Of a stretch of 64,000 bases of DNA, positions 1-20,339 are shown one piece after another; the stretch's first letter is position 1; each line of letters opens with the position of its first letter. The position numbers were made by a program, and so were the translations under genes. Where the stretch lies: assembly GCF_009914755.1 (NCBI RefSeq), contig NC_060947.1; one strand, given 5' to 3'. This DNA is from the human T2T-CHM13v2.0 reference genome, Homo sapiens. The notes under the pieces are model-generated. The model was not told the origin of the DNA and made no database searches. It saw nothing but the letters and a program-made list of their open reading frames with translations.

Positions 1-1042
1 GCAACAAAAGTCAAAATTGACAAATGGGATCTAATTAAACTAAAGAGCTTCTGCACAGCAAAAGAAACTACCATCAGAGTGAATAGGCAACCTACAGAAT
101 GGGAGAAAATTTTTGCAATCTACCCATCTGACAAAGGGCTAATATCCAGAATCTACAAAGAACCTAAACAAATTTACAAGAAAAAATCAAACAACCCCAT
201 CAAAAAGTGGGTGAAGGATATGAACAGACACTTCTCAAAAGAAGACATTTTATGCAGCCAAAAGACACATGAAAAAATGCTCATCATCACTGGCCATCAG
301 AGAAATGCAAATCAAAACCACAATGAGATAGCATCTCACACCAGTTAGAATGGTGATCATTAACAAGTCAGGAAACAACAGGTGCTGGAGAGGATGTGGA
401 GAAATAGGAACACTTTTACATTATTGGTAGGACTGTAAACTAGTTCAATCATTGTGGAAGACGGTGTGGCGATTCCTCAGGGATCTTGACCTGGAAATAC
501 CATTTGACCCAGCCATCCCATTACTGGGTATATACCCAAAGGATTATAAATCATGCTGCTATAAAGACACATGCATATGCATGTTTATTGTGGCGCTATT
601 CACAATAGCAAAGACTTGGAACCAACCCAAATGTCCATCAATGATAGACTGGATTAAGAAAATGTGGCACATATACACCATGGAATACTATGCAGTCATA
701 AAAAGAATGAGTTCATGTCCTTTGTAGGGACATGGATGAAGCTAGAAACCATCATTCTCAGCAAACTATCGCAAGGACAGAAAACCAAACACCGCATGTT
801 CTCACTCATAGGTGGGAATTGAACAATGAGAACACTTGGACACAGGGTGGGAAACATCACACATGGTGGCCTGTCCTGGGGTCGGGGTAGGGGGTAGGGG
901 GTAGGGGTAGCATTGGGAAATATACCTAATGTAAATGACGGGTTAACAGGTGCAGCACACCAACATGGCACATGTATACATATGTAACAAACCTGCACGT
1001 TGTGCACATGTACCCTAGAACTTAAAGTACAATAAAAAAAAA
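1..1042 (+). mobile_element. LINE-1 3' portion (ORF2 C-terminus, 3'UTR, polyA), L1PA6/7-like; continues beyond window start
   Basis: ORF fragments [25 protein letters not shown] and [11 protein letters not shown]; G-rich 3'UTR; AATAAA plus A-tail at ~1031-1042. Confidence 0.95.
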
Positions 1043-1534
1043 CAGAAAACTAGCTAAAATAACAGCTTGATAAGCATGCCATTAATCAAATTTTGTTTTC
1101 CTGATGGCTCTTAGTAGAGCATATGCCACACATGAGGTGTTAAATAAATATTTGTTAGGTGAGTGTCCAGTGAGTAAAAGTAAAGGAAAGGATGCTTAAC
1201 TGTTGCTTATAACTCTTCAGTTGACTTCACCAAGCCTTCAGAGCTTTGTTGAAGGGAATAGCTGTGGAAAACCATTATTTAATGATGTAAGGGATCACAG
1301 CTCTTCAGCAATTCTGAGTTATTTATATGAAGGAGCCTAGAAGACTTCAAGGTAAGTTATCAATAATTAAAAGGCCAGATTGAGTAGTGAAGTATCAGTT
1401 GAGAATTGCAGTGGAGAATTAACAAGTAGGGACTAAAATGTAAACTTCTTGTTTGTATCTCTTTAAATTATTCCATATACTGTGTATATTTCATATGTAT
1501 AATTTGAGGCTGATGAATACCACCAGTGCTCTAG

Positions 1535-2260
1535 TCATTTTTCAACAGATATTTATTGAACACCTACTAGATACCAGGCATTGTGTTAAATCATGGTAAA
1601 ACGAAAACAGTATAGGCTTTGGACATCAGTACACCTGGGTTTGAATCCCTGATATTCTGCAAGTTATTTAGCCTCTCATAGTCTTAACTTCCTCATTTAT
1701 AAAACAGAATTGTAATGCTTATTATGCAGGTTGTTGTGAGGATTAAATAAAGGAAAGCATGTAAAGTCCCCGGTACATGAAAGGCACATAATACCTTAGT
1801 TCCCTACAGCACCTACCAGAGTGTGATTTATATTATAATAGTATGCATTCTGCCTCCCCCTTCGGATTGTGAGTTCCTTAAGAGGAGGGAGAATCTCACT
1901 CATCTTTGTAGCCTTCAGGCCCTAACAGAGTGCCTGGCATATACTGAAAATTAAATAAATGTTTGCAGAATTAAAGACCCACTCCCTTCCGTCCAGAAAT
2001 TTACAAGCCAATAGGTGAGCTAAGAGATTCACATAAATAACTATAGTAAAAGGCAGAATATAATGACTAGCATGTGAAAGGTACAAGCAAAGTGCTTTGG
2101 AGGTTGAGAAGAGGGAAATGAAAATGTCTGAATGTCTGACTATGTAGGTCAAGGAAAGCTTCATGGAGAGACCCTGAAGGATAAGTAGAATTTTTAATAG
2201 ACAAATACAATAGGAAGGATATTTCAGGCAGAGGGATTGCTGTTAGCCAAGATTATGAAG
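1535..2260. mobile_element. Old L2 and MIR fragments
   Basis: L2-type 'atttattgaacacctact' and 'agagtgcctggcat' motifs; MIR core 'ttcctcatttataaaa...ggttgttgtgaggattaaat'. Confidence 0.6.
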
Positions 2261-2281
2261 TGTGTTATAATAAAATGTAAG

Positions 2282-3335
2282 CTTTTTATTTTAAAAGTTT
2301 TATATTTTCAGAAAAATTGCAAAGCTAGCACAGAGAGTTCCCATATACTCTGCAACCAGTTTTCCCTACTTTAACATCTTACATTAGTATGTTATATTTG
2401 TCACAATTAATGAACCAATATTGATAATTATTATGAAATAAAATCCATACTTTATTCAGGTTTTTATAGTTTTTATCTAATATTGTTTTTCTCTTCCAGG
2501 ACTTCATTCAAGATACCACAATACATTGAGTTGTCATGTTTAAATGTTGGGCTTCTCTTGTCTGTGATATTTCTCAAATTTTCTTTGTTCTTTATGAAGC
2601 TGACAGCATAGTCGAGTACTGGTAAGGGATTTTGTAGAATGTCTCTCAATTGGGATGTGTCCAATGTCTTTCTCATGATTAGATTGGGGTTACATGTTTT
2701 GGGGAAGAAGGTCACAGTGGTAAATGCCATTTTCATTACATTATATTAAAGGTACATACTATCAACATGGCTTATTCCTGTTGATGTCAATCTTGATCAC
2801 CAGGCTGAGGTATTATGTGTCAGGTTTCTTCACTATAAAGGAATACATTTTACCCCCTTTTCGTACTCTACTGTTTGGAAGGAAGTCACTATGCACAGCC
2901 CACACTTAGACAATTGGGAGCTATGGTTCACCTCCTTGAGAGTATCTACATAAAATATTTGGATTCTTCTGCATGGGAGACTATTTATTTATTCATCCAT
3001 TTATTTATGGCAGTATGAACACCTACTTACTTTATACTTAGAGTTATAATCCAATAATACTTTTTATTCTGTTGCTTAAATTGCTCCAGCTTTGGTTATG
3101 GGGACCTCTTTCAGTTGGCTCTTATATCCCTTTGAGATACCCTCATCATTGTGGGATTTTTTGAGTGCTTTATTACTTTTTGACACTCTGAGATGCTTCA
3201 GGCTCATCTTGTATATTTCCTGCCTCAATCATAGACTCAGCCCTTTATCCAAGGAGCCTTCATTCCTTGTGTTGGAGAATGGTTTTGGAAACCATGATCT
3301 AGGCACTAGGTGTGCCCATTGCTACTGGGATGTTA
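2282..3335 (-). mobile_element. L1MC-type 3'UTR relic
   Basis: 'aaaattgcaaagctagcacagagagttcccatatac' is the reverse complement of the ancient L1MB/MC 3' terminus. Confidence 0.7.
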
Positions 3336-4080
3336 GGTTAACTTTTAAATAATTTGCAGCAGTGGAAGAGCTTTTTATTTCCTCTTCCTGTCAGATGAGA
3401 ATTTATTTGGGTCATATCTTACTTTTTTGTACTTTATGATCTTTGATGCCATTTTTCCTTTACCTAGGTAATCAGCCTCATTACCTAGGTTTAGTAACTT
3501 TAGAGTAGCAGGGAAAAGATTGATAAAAACCTTTATTTACATGAAATGCATGCATGTACATCACATGTATTTTATCCTTGTTTGTTACCTGTTCAATAAG
3601 ATAAGAGGGATTTTCCTTAGGTGCCAACAGCTTTGTCATTCAACTCCCTGTCCCAAGAAACAGGCACCAAAAAGTTGTTTTATTTTATTATTCGCAATTT
3701 TATAACCTATCCTATAACACAGACCTCTTAGAAATACATTTTGCAAAAACCACACTAAATTGTTCAATTTGCCTATTTTTCTTTTAGGAAAACATTTTAA
3801 CTGACTATCAGAAATAGAATGGATTTTCTATAGATTCAAAAGAACTTCTCTTTCTCTCATACCCATTTGAAACATTTGTAGAGGCAAATTTATCTAAGAT
3901 TTAGATGTTATGTATCAAGCAACTACAACATGTGTAGCACTTATAGTTTACATTTTATTGTTTGACCCTGAAAATATCATGTTGGGAGACAGTTCTCCAT
4001 GAATTTTTCTTGTTTCTGCATGTCTTACAAACAAAACACTGATTGCCTTTTGTTCTGGACTATCTTTTCAAGGGTTTTTG

Positions 4081-4669
4081 TGATACGGCTCAGATGACTG
4101 GAGGAACACCAGGGTCCTTTGTCTCACGCTGATTTAAATAAAACGACACGGACACACGTGGAGTGGTTTTAAGGAGTGGAGAGTTTAATAGGCAAGAAAG
4201 AAGAAAGAGGCTCCCCGTACAGAGACAGAGAGAGGGAGCTCCAAGCAGAGAGAGGAAAGCCCGAGTGTGGCAGAAAACAGTTCGTTATATTAGGAGGCTG
4301 GAGGAGGCGGTGTCTGATTTACATAGGGCCCAGGGAATTGGTTTGACTAGATATGTCATTCATGTAGCCCGCGAAAAAACTGTGCCTCCCACCCTAGCCT
4401 TTTAATATGCCAATGCAGGGTGCCATGATGTTCTACACATGTGGGGATATCTGGGGGCGGCTGTGATGCTAGGCACAAGTGGTGACAAGAAGAAGAAGGC
4501 GGGGATCGCCATATTGGATGGACTCAGTTTCTAATGGCCTGCATTTGCATATCAAAGCTTGTGGGACAAGAAATGTTTCTGGAGCTTGTTTAAAAGGAGA
4601 AAAAAAAATCTTACCAAGGGCCCCTTATCCTCTCTATCTGCCTAAAATAATTTCTTAATAACTCTAATA
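4081..4669 (-). mobile_element. Solo ERV1 LTR (LTR9/HUERS-P3 group-like) nested in the ERVL 5' LTR
   Basis: Interrupts the host LTR; minus strand starts '..gagttattaagaaattattttaggcagatagag' and ends ..TATCA; family name from memory. Confidence 0.6.
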
Positions 4670-5481
4670 TGTGTATAGGAAACAACCTTGCAAGATAGAG
4701 AAGGTATCTTCCAAAGGAAGAAAGGCCAATAGGCTTATAGCCTTAGAAGATAGAAATAGTGAATCCTTCTGGAGCAAAAGATGGGCATAAAAATTTTGTG
4801 TTCCCTAAGCTTAGATTTTTTTCCTTTTAATGCAACTCAGTGAGTGTGAAAGTGTCATTTTTCCCTCTTCCTCTTACCCTGTAGGAACTGAGGCTTGAAA
4901 AACCAACATGAAATGCTGATACTCTGACTACTGCTATTGCGTTAGTAATAAACAGTCCTTTGTCCCTACCCTAGGACTGTTACGTAGTTTACCAGCATCT
5001 ATAAAACTGTGGCAAACTAATTTTCATAGTTATTCACAGTTCTTAACAGTTTTGATGATGAGGTGGTGATGAGTTGGCAATGATGCTGATAGAGACAAGA
5101 TTTTCTAGAAGAGGAAGATTGAGGGCCTTATAGACTAATAAATGGGATTTGGGGCAAATCTATGTGAATCAGTAGCAACTTGTTGACCAAATTGTATGGT
5201 CAACCAGGCAATACATGGTTCTTTACTTTACTTCCTGTTAATGAGACATTGGGGAGGTGATTATAGGCTGATAATTGGAAAGTGAGTTTAAAGACCTCTG
5301 CCTGAATAGTGGTCTGGTTGTTGCTAACTCTCCTACTCAAAAGGGATGTCTTCATTAATCTGGTGGTTACCCTAAGGCCCACTCCACTATAACCATCAGC
5401 ACTAAGATGAAACCTGGATGGGCAGAAGTTCTTGCCTTTTTTAGACAACAGTTACAAAACCACTGTGGGTACAAACTAAAC

Positions 5482-5943
5482 TAAGGGAGGAGACCACCCC
5501 TCATATTGTCTTATGCCCAATTTCTGCCTCCAAAGAAAGAAGAAGTAAAAACTAAAAGGCAAAATGAAATCCACAGGCAGACAGCCCGGTGCCACACCCT
5601 GGACCTGGTAGTTAAAGATCAACCCCTGACCTAATCGGTTGTGTTATCTATAGATTACAGACATTGTATAGGAAAGCATTGTGAAAATCCCTGTCCTGTT
5701 CTGTTCCGTTCTAATTACCAGTGCATGCAGCCCCCAGTCACGTACCCCCTGCTTGCTCAATCGATCACGACCCTCTCACGTGGACCCCCTTACAGTTGTG
5801 AGTCCTTAAAAAGCACAGAAATTGCTCACTCGGGGAGCTCGGTTGTTGGAGATGTAAGTCTTGCCGAAGCTCCCAGCTGAATAAAGCCCTTCCTTCTTTA
5901 ACTCGGTGTCTGAGGGGTTTTGTCTGCGGCTTGTCCTGCTACA
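5482..5943 (+). mobile_element. LTR2 (HERV-E) solo LTR
   Basis: Starts TAAGGGAGGAGACCACCCCTCATATTGTCTTATGCCC, ends ..GTCCTGCTACA; internal AATAAA; 4-bp TSD AAAC (5478-5481 / 5944-5947). Confidence 0.9.
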
Positions 5944-8900
5944 AAACCAGGTGATTTTTTAAAAATGTTGACTGCTTCACTTAGAGATTGGGTTTGTGGG
6001 GAATGTAACGCTTGTTAAGGAAGAATAGCAATAGCTGGGCCATCTTACAAATCAACCGCTCCTTCAGCCTATCAATTCAACCTTATAACCTGGCTGCTTA
6101 TAAGAAAGTTTAGGTCCTCTCTGAGAGATTTCCTTGAGACAACCAAACTCCCATGGAAAACCATAGATGAGGTATTTACTAGTAGTCAGGTTCTTATTGG
6201 CCTGGATTTGGTTCATGATGCTGATGAAGGTGATCCACTGGAGAATGAGAAATTGATCCAAATAAATCTAGATAAATTCTGGTGACCAGCCCTGCTGTTT
6301 TAGAAAACTCTCTTCACTCTAATATTGAAATTGCCCCAAAACTTAGGAGATGTTATGGCAATGATGCTCTAGGTGCCCTGGATTAAAGCTGACTTGTTAA
6401 GGCAATTTGCTGTTGTTTAAGTGAAGCCTAGGTCAGCCAGAGGATGTAAACCTCACAGTCCAAGCCAGAAAGCAATGTGTCTGTTGCTGTGTCTGTGGCT
6501 GCTGAGTCCGTGTCCTTGAGGCTAAAATAAATGGTGTCAGTTATTGGTGCCTTGCCACTCAATATAAAGCATTAGACAAATTGAAAACATTGGAAATTCA
6601 TTTGGTTGAGTCATGAGTTGCCATGCCAATAAAAACTAAAAGTTAATGCAAAGCCTTGTTGAATGACACACAGCTTCTCTTCCCTTACATGCCACCTGAT
6701 CCCTCCCCAGGCACCCCAATCTCAAATGTTTTAAAAATAAAAACAGAAACGTGACTGATTCCAAGGGGGATAAAAGGCCATACACAATCATCTGAATATT
6801 CTGGGGAATTTGAGGGAGGGGAAGGACTCGAACTTTAGTGGTTTTATTGGATATGGGTGCTGAAGTCATTATTCAACCTGAACCTGTAGAAGGAAAATGT
6901 GCCCAGATTCAGGTAATAGGGCTTAAGTAGGGTTTGCATTGGGGCCAGAAAAGTAATGTCAGCTTCTAGGTGGACCCTTTAGGCCAATTCAATGTACTAT
7001 GATGCTGTTTCTGCATCTGAATGTATAGTAGGAATTAATGCACTATATTCTTGTACTTCTTTGTCTCATAAGTGGGGATTCTCTAAATTGTAAAGAGCTA
7101 CATGTAGAGAAGTGGTAGTGAGACACTTTCATTGCTTTCTTCCCCTACTGTGCAGTTCAACAGAGACAGTATAGAATCCCTGGAAGAAGAGGAATTGTCT
7201 TGACTAATACCTATAGGCAGCAGAGGTAGTAAAAGATACAATATTTCAACACAACAGTCTTGTATGGCCAGTGAAAAAGACTAACAGGAGCAGGAAGCTT
7301 ACAGTGAATTGTTACCCATTGGATTCAGTTTTTGTTCCCATAGCCCCAACTCTCTAGACATTGTGACTGTAGCTGAATTCATTACATGGAATTATGGCAC
7401 TTAGTGTGCTGTTTTGAACATTGCCAATGACTTATTTGCCATATCAGAGGTATCAAAGATCAATAAAAGTTTGTGTTCATGTAGCAAAACCTCAAACATG
7501 TATTTGTAGTCTTCCTCTAGGGATACTTAAACTTCCCTGCCATTTGACACCAGTGAATAGGTCAGGATTTAGCATGAGTGTCTCTACTCTCTGAAGTCCA
7601 TAGTTTTCATGATATAGATGATGTCCTCTTGGTTGCTAAGTCAGACGCCTCAGTCTCAATAGCTCTGACTTTGGTGTTATCACACCTTTGCAAATAGAAA
7701 GGCTAATAAACTCCAAAGACATTTAGGGATCTACTTGCCAAATGAAGTTTCTTGGGATGATGTGGGCAGATTCACATTGCCTAATCCCTCTGGCAATCAA
7801 GAAAAAGCTGTTTTTTCCTAGGCCCCAGGCATCAAAGAAAAAAACCTTCTTTGACTCTTTGGGTATTGAAGACAGTATGTGTCTCTCTTGGGCATTCTAC
7901 TTGGTCCTTCATATTAGCTGTCCTTCAAATCAGTATCCTTTGAGTGGGGCCCAAGCCAAAAGGCTGAATTGGAATCTTTTCAGCAAGCTGTGACATGCTG
8001 TCTATCTTTGGGTCCTCACAATCCTAATGACCCCTTTAAGCTACAAGTCTCTGTGACTGATTATTTTTCCAATCAGATCATCTGGCGAAGGGAGGCAACC
8101 TCTTACCTTTTGGGGCTTTGAACCCACTGTTCCCCTGATAAAGCTACCACACATGCCTCTTTTGAAAAGTAGCTATTAGCTTGCTAATGGGCTCTTGTCA
8201 AAATTGAACACCTGACCCAAGGAGGCCTTGTGACTATCCAGACTGATATTTCCACTTTGGGGTGAGTCAACTTAGACTCAATGACTAATAAGGTGAGGAA
8301 AACTCAACAAGCCTCACTTTTCAAATAGAAAAGGTGAATTCAAGAATGCAGCCAGCCTAGCTCCAGCAGCATCATGGCTTTACATGACAGAATGGCAGCT
8401 ATCCCTAAGGGGGAAAATTTATTCCTCACTCTGCCATCTGAAGCATGCCACTGGTTCCATGGAATCCTCAATTCACATAGCTTCCCCAAATTCCTGGGCC
8501 TGATTCACTTATATTTACACTAATCTGAAACCAATGGTGTCCACTGGTCTGTGACAACTGTTCAACCTCAGCTTCTGCTATACAGAGCTGAAAATGGGCA
8601 CGGTCACTCTACTTAAAGGACAGAACTCAAGGTCATTCTCATACTCTGGCAATACTATTCTTGATGAACGTTGTTATATTTTTACTGTTGTCAATGGCCT
8701 AGCTGTTTGGTCTACCACTTGGAAAACTAGAGACAGACTGATTAAAGACTTCCCTCTTTGGGACTGAAAGCTGTGGAAACTATTTGCAGCTACTGACCAC
8801 ACTATCAGAGTCACATATGTAGATGTCATGTGAAGGCTCATTCTCTGATGAGACTGTAATCAAGCTGCTATTCAGGTCTGCACTGACCAGATTGCCAGAA

Positions 8901-10385
8901 ATGCTGCCTGTATCACATGTACCATCAGAGACTGGGCACAAAGAAAAGGACTTGATGTTTGTATTGCAGAGGACACCACTGTATGACACACTTGTGATCC
9001 CTGCCAAAAGTTGACCTAGTTGTTTCATGGTGAGAGAGAATACATAGGATAGGGCCCTGTCCATTTCTGGATTAGCTACATCGAACCTTTGGCCCTACCT
9101 CAAGACTATCAATGGTACCTCACCTCTATTGACACTTTTTTCACATTATGGTACTGCTGTTCTAGTCCAACCAACTGACTCCAGCCACACTATTGTGGCT
9201 CTTGAAAAGAATCTCAGCATTCCAGAGTATTTGAAATCTAATGATAGTTTACCCTTTTTGGCAAAAGAAGCCAAGTGTTTAGGGAAATGCCACCAGTGGA
9301 TAATGTAGCCTTCAGAACACTGCAGATACTGCTCCAAAATGAGAGTAATTTGATTACTCAGAGGAGTTTGCTGGAGGGATAACTGACTTGTTATTTATGT
9401 GCATCCTGTGGGTAATTTTCCCTACAGTGAGAGCCTTTCAATTAGAAATTGTGGTATAAAATTTGTCCCTGGCTTTAGCTAAAGTGATAAATGGCACCAC
9501 ATTGGCCCTGGAAGTCATTGGGGTAAAGTTCAACTTATTGGCCAGGGTTGTTATAGAAGATACACCTGCCCTAGAATTCCTCCTTAAGGACAACAGTAAC
9601 TGTGAAATTACTAATATATCCTGCTGTACTTGTATTAATACTCTAGGCAAAGGGAAAAGGTCAACACAGAAACTTATGGCTTTCTAAGGTCGTTTATAGG
9701 ATTTGTTTAGCTGATTTGGTTTGGAATTCTGAGGGGCACGGTTGAAGTCAAGACTGCAGGTTGCCCTTATCCTGCTGCTTGGAATCCTGTTTTGTTGGTG
9801 GCAGCCTTAATTAAATGTTCTATGATACAAATTGAACAGATGTAGTCCCAGTCTCTGTCAGTCAGAGTAGTCAGAGAGGCTGATGGAGTGGTATACTTAT
9901 GGGGAAATTTACCAGAAGCTAAGATTGTGTAAAAATGAAAAGTACATATTGTTGGGAGATAATTCTCCATAATCCTCTTGAGTCTCTGCATGTTTTTTCA
10001 AACAAGGAGCTGAATGTCTTTTGCTTTGTATTATCTTTACAAAAATATTTGTATAGCAAATGGCCTTAGAAGGTAGAACTAGTTTCTCCATCAGGATCAG
10101 AAAGCAGACCTGCTTTTTGTTTAGTACGATAAAGATTATATCTTTCACTGAAGCAAAGGGTAGGCATATTGCTGCCCATTGTAAAATATTAAAGTTCTCT
10201 AAATTCAGGGTTCGTCTCCTATAATGCAACATGTTATCCTGTAATGCACATAGATGCCATCTGGACCTCTTTACTTTGTCCTTTGGAAATTGGAGCTCTG
10301 GGAACTAGTGTAAAAATGCTGACATTCTGGTTACTTCCATGGCTATGAGTAATAAACTTTCTTCACTGGCTAAGGAGTCTCATGT

Positions 10386-10629
10386 TTTTTTTTTTTTTGA
10401 GACAGGGTATCATTCTGTCGCCCAGGCTGGAGTACAGTAGTGTGATCTCAGCTCACTGCAGCTTCGACCTCCAAGGTTCAAAAAATCATCCAGAAATTTT
10501 TAAATTTTTGGTAGATATGAGTTTTTGCCAGGTTGCTCAGGCTGGTCTTGAATTCATGGGCTCAAGTGATTCACTTGCCTCAGCCTCCCAAAGTGTTGGC
10601 ATTACAGGTGTGAACCACTGTGCCCCACC
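10386..10629 (-). mobile_element. AluJ, internally deleted, inserted in the ERVL 3' LTR
   Basis: Alu antisense sequence; TSD AGGAGTCTCATGT (10373-10385 / 10630-10642). Confidence 0.88.
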
Positions 10630-12733
10630 AGGAGTCTCATGTCTTCTATCAGCATCCATCAAACTGTCACCAGATGACTTGTTAACTTGCAAGTAGGGTA
10701 AAATCTCAGACTTTTCTCAGCTCTTGATGCAACCCCTGTGTAGTAGACATGGCTGTTCCCATTTCACAGATAACAAAACTGAGACTCAAAGAGACTTAGT
10801 AAGTTGTTTTTGATGAATGTCACCTAATTGTTCTCCAGAATGCTTGTATCAATTTAATCACCAACAGAATGTAATGTATGGATGTGTCCATTTTTTGCAT
10901 CCACACCAATATTGGACATTATGTTTTTTAAAAAATCTTTTCCTTGTAATGAAAAAAATGGTAACTCATAATTATTAAATATGAATTTTTAAATTACTAT
11001 TAAAGGTGAATTTTTTTTGCTCCATGATCTCACGTGGTCAAGAATTCTTTTCCACTTGTATTCTTTCTGGGTGAAAAATCCAACCAGAGTGATTCTCTTG
11101 GTGAGATGGTGACAAAAAGGTAGGCTTTCCATTTAACACAATTATAAAGGACTTTCGTCATCTGGTAGTGAGGGGGTCTCCTTTGGTATAAAACAAACAA
11201 GTAAGCAAAACCAAAAACCTTGGTTATCAGCTCCTAGAAAATGAGGCCAAGGTTTAGGAACGATAATAGTTAAACATTAAACAATGGGTAACTATATTAT
11301 TATGTACCTTAGCACCATGTCAGACAGTTTAACATATTTTTAAAAAGGTATTCAGTACACAAATTGAACTGAATCAAATTATCTTATTGACACTTCGTAA
11401 TAACCTCATATGATAGGTATTACTGTCACTATTTTACAGATGAGGAAATTGAGGCTTAGAAATGTTCAGTAAATTGCCTAAGATCACATAGCTATTAAGT
11501 GGTAAAACCAGGATTCCAACTAAGACAGGTTTGACTTTGAGACTTGTGCTAACTTTCTTCTAGTGCCTGAGCAACAGCTAGTGAGCTAATATTTCTTCTG
11601 GGCTACCACAGTGGAAAATATTAAAATCCTGATTATCAGTGTTGTAGTTTCATTCACATATTAAAATATGTAGTAGTGTTTTATTGTTTGACATAGTATT
11701 TAGAGTTTTTTGTTTCATGCCTAAGAGAATTAAGGAGTATGGACACAAGGGTGAGGTTGGAGTTAAAGTTTAATAAGTGAAAGAAGAAAGTTTTTTGTAG
11801 TGGAGAGGGGGACCTGAATGGGTTGTCCATTATGAGGTTTGGGTCTGGGGTTTCTATGGATTGGGAAAAGGAAGGAATGTGTTTAGTCTGTGGGTTGTCT
11901 TGGAGAAAGTATGATTCAGTTTGGCCTGTGACTTTGGTTCGGGGCTAATCAGGAGTTGAAGTGACAATTTATAGGGTTTTTCAATTTGGTCTGGGACTTA
12001 TCAGGAGTTGAAGTGATGATTCATGGAGGCTGGGTTTACAGTCTAAAAAGGAAAGGAAAGTGTACACTGGAACCCACTGGAGCTTATTTTGTTAATGTTT
12101 ATAAAAGGAGAAGAAACTTTTTCCTGGGAGTCTGTTGATTATAAAGGACAAACGCATTTTTATGTTGGGCCTTGTTTTTTTTTTTTTTTTTTAATCTGAG
12201 TGAGTCAGAGATTTCTGTAAGGTTTTATCTGAATGGGCTGGAGGTTCTCCTATGTGTGTAGCCATGAGTATGTCTCCAGACACAATCTTCTATGTTAGTT
12301 CTCTTACTGGCGTCCGTAGTATGATTTTTTTTTCAGGCTGCTTTTCTGTGTTATGTGAGGATGAGGCACTGACCTGTGGGTCAGGGGCTCTCTAGGGACC
12401 CTTTTCTTGTTTATCTAAGGCAAGTTAGTTAACTTCTCTCAGTCCTCCCTCAGAAGTGGAGACTTCAGCTGTTGTTAGGGAGATTGAGCGTTAATTTTTT
12501 TGGCTACTTTTTGTTGGAGAGGGGTGTTGTGTAGGGAACTGTAGTTAGGATTTTTCTTGGGGCTGGTTTAAGGGTTCTTAGAGGAAAGGGGTGTTTATGC
12601 ATCATTTCACTTGTATTATTATTTGGAGTTTGATAGTTTTTAGATAAAAAGAAATAATTTGGGTTATTAGAGGACATGTATTAAAATGAGACAACATGGG
12701 TAAGGACAAGTTTAAAAATCTTGAGGCTGTTGA

Positions 12734-13056
<323 letters not shown>

Positions 13057-13488
13057 AATTGGTGATTATAATTATGTCTGTTAAGATTTGGGTGTATTTG
13101 GGCTTTGTTAGTTTCTTTGGTCTTGTTTTTCTAAATAAATAAACCTCTGGGTTATGGGCATGCTATTTATTTTCATTATTTGGTAGGATTTGTAGGATAC
13201 TTGTCTAGAATTAGACAGGTTTTTAGTTTTTATATTATTTATTATTTTTTGTTTTTTTAAGTTATAGTTGGAGATCATTGGTTGGTTCACAGGAATAAGT
13301 AGGGTTAGTTTAAAATGTAGGCAAAAACTTAAAAATAACTATTAGAATTTAATGACAAATGTATGATAAAATTTGAAACATAATTTCTTTCTCTTTAGTC
13401 CTCATTTTTGTTAAAAATAAATCATGATAGGATAGAATTGAGTTGTTTGTAAAATAAACTTTAGTCTTATGTTTGATTATTTGTATAA

Positions 13489-13866
<378 letters not shown>

Positions 13867-14648
13867 TAGACTTTTAAAATTAAAATTGGTTTTGATGGAA
13901 TTTTGTTCCATGAGGAATTTTAGATAAGACCTTTTAAAGTTGTGTCTAGTCTTGGGTTTGTATCTTTCAATATTTATGAGTTGGGTAAACACTTTTCTTC
14001 TTGAGGTCCCAAGAACATGGGGTTCTTGGGCCTGTTAGAAAGTCATATTTTTTATTTACCACAGGTTAGGAACCCTGTATGGGGACTGTGTAGACAAGGT
14101 ATGAGGCCAGTGTTTTAAAGGGCTTTTATTGGTTTTGTGAATCCAGTTTGATTTTTTAAAGGGAAATACATCTTTCAAGTAAAAGTCTTGTAAAATAACC
14201 AGTTTTTAAAATTGTGTCCTGTTGTAAAATAAAATGGATTTTGTTGTATTGATGTAAATAAGTATATTGTTGTAAGTTAAAAATATTCATAATCAGTTTC
14301 TGAATTCTAGAGGAACCAGGCAAAGAGAAATAAATATGTTCTAAATTTTGTTTATAGGAGTATGTTTTGCTTAGTTGTTAAAAGTTTTAACTTTCTAAGT
14401 AAAAGTTAAAAACATTCTTTCAGTTTTTTATTAGTTCAGTTTATTTTGTTAACTTTGGTTCTGTTTGATATTTGTAAATATTTTAAGTTTTTTATGAGTT
14501 CCGTATGTTTTTCTGTTATTAGAAACCTGTATTTGATAGTATTTATTAAAGTCTTATAGTTGATTATAAATCATTTTTTGAAGAGGATTCAAACAAGACA
14601 ATTGTTTGTAAAATGTTTAGGGTGGTCACAGTTAAGACACTAGAATCC

Positions 14649-20339
<5,691 letters not shown>

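Larger units (their letters stand above)
3980..10729 (+). mobile_element. Degenerate class III (ERVL-type) provirus with MER54-like LTRs (3980-5048 and 9950-~10729); pro, pol and env relics
   Basis: Two related LTRs, both starting TGTTGGGAGA; protease-like LLDMGAEV (~6844); RT-like VWPVKK (~7261), LP*GYLN (~7512) and IDDV (~7614); env-TM-like ORF 9463-9687. Confidence 0.8.
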
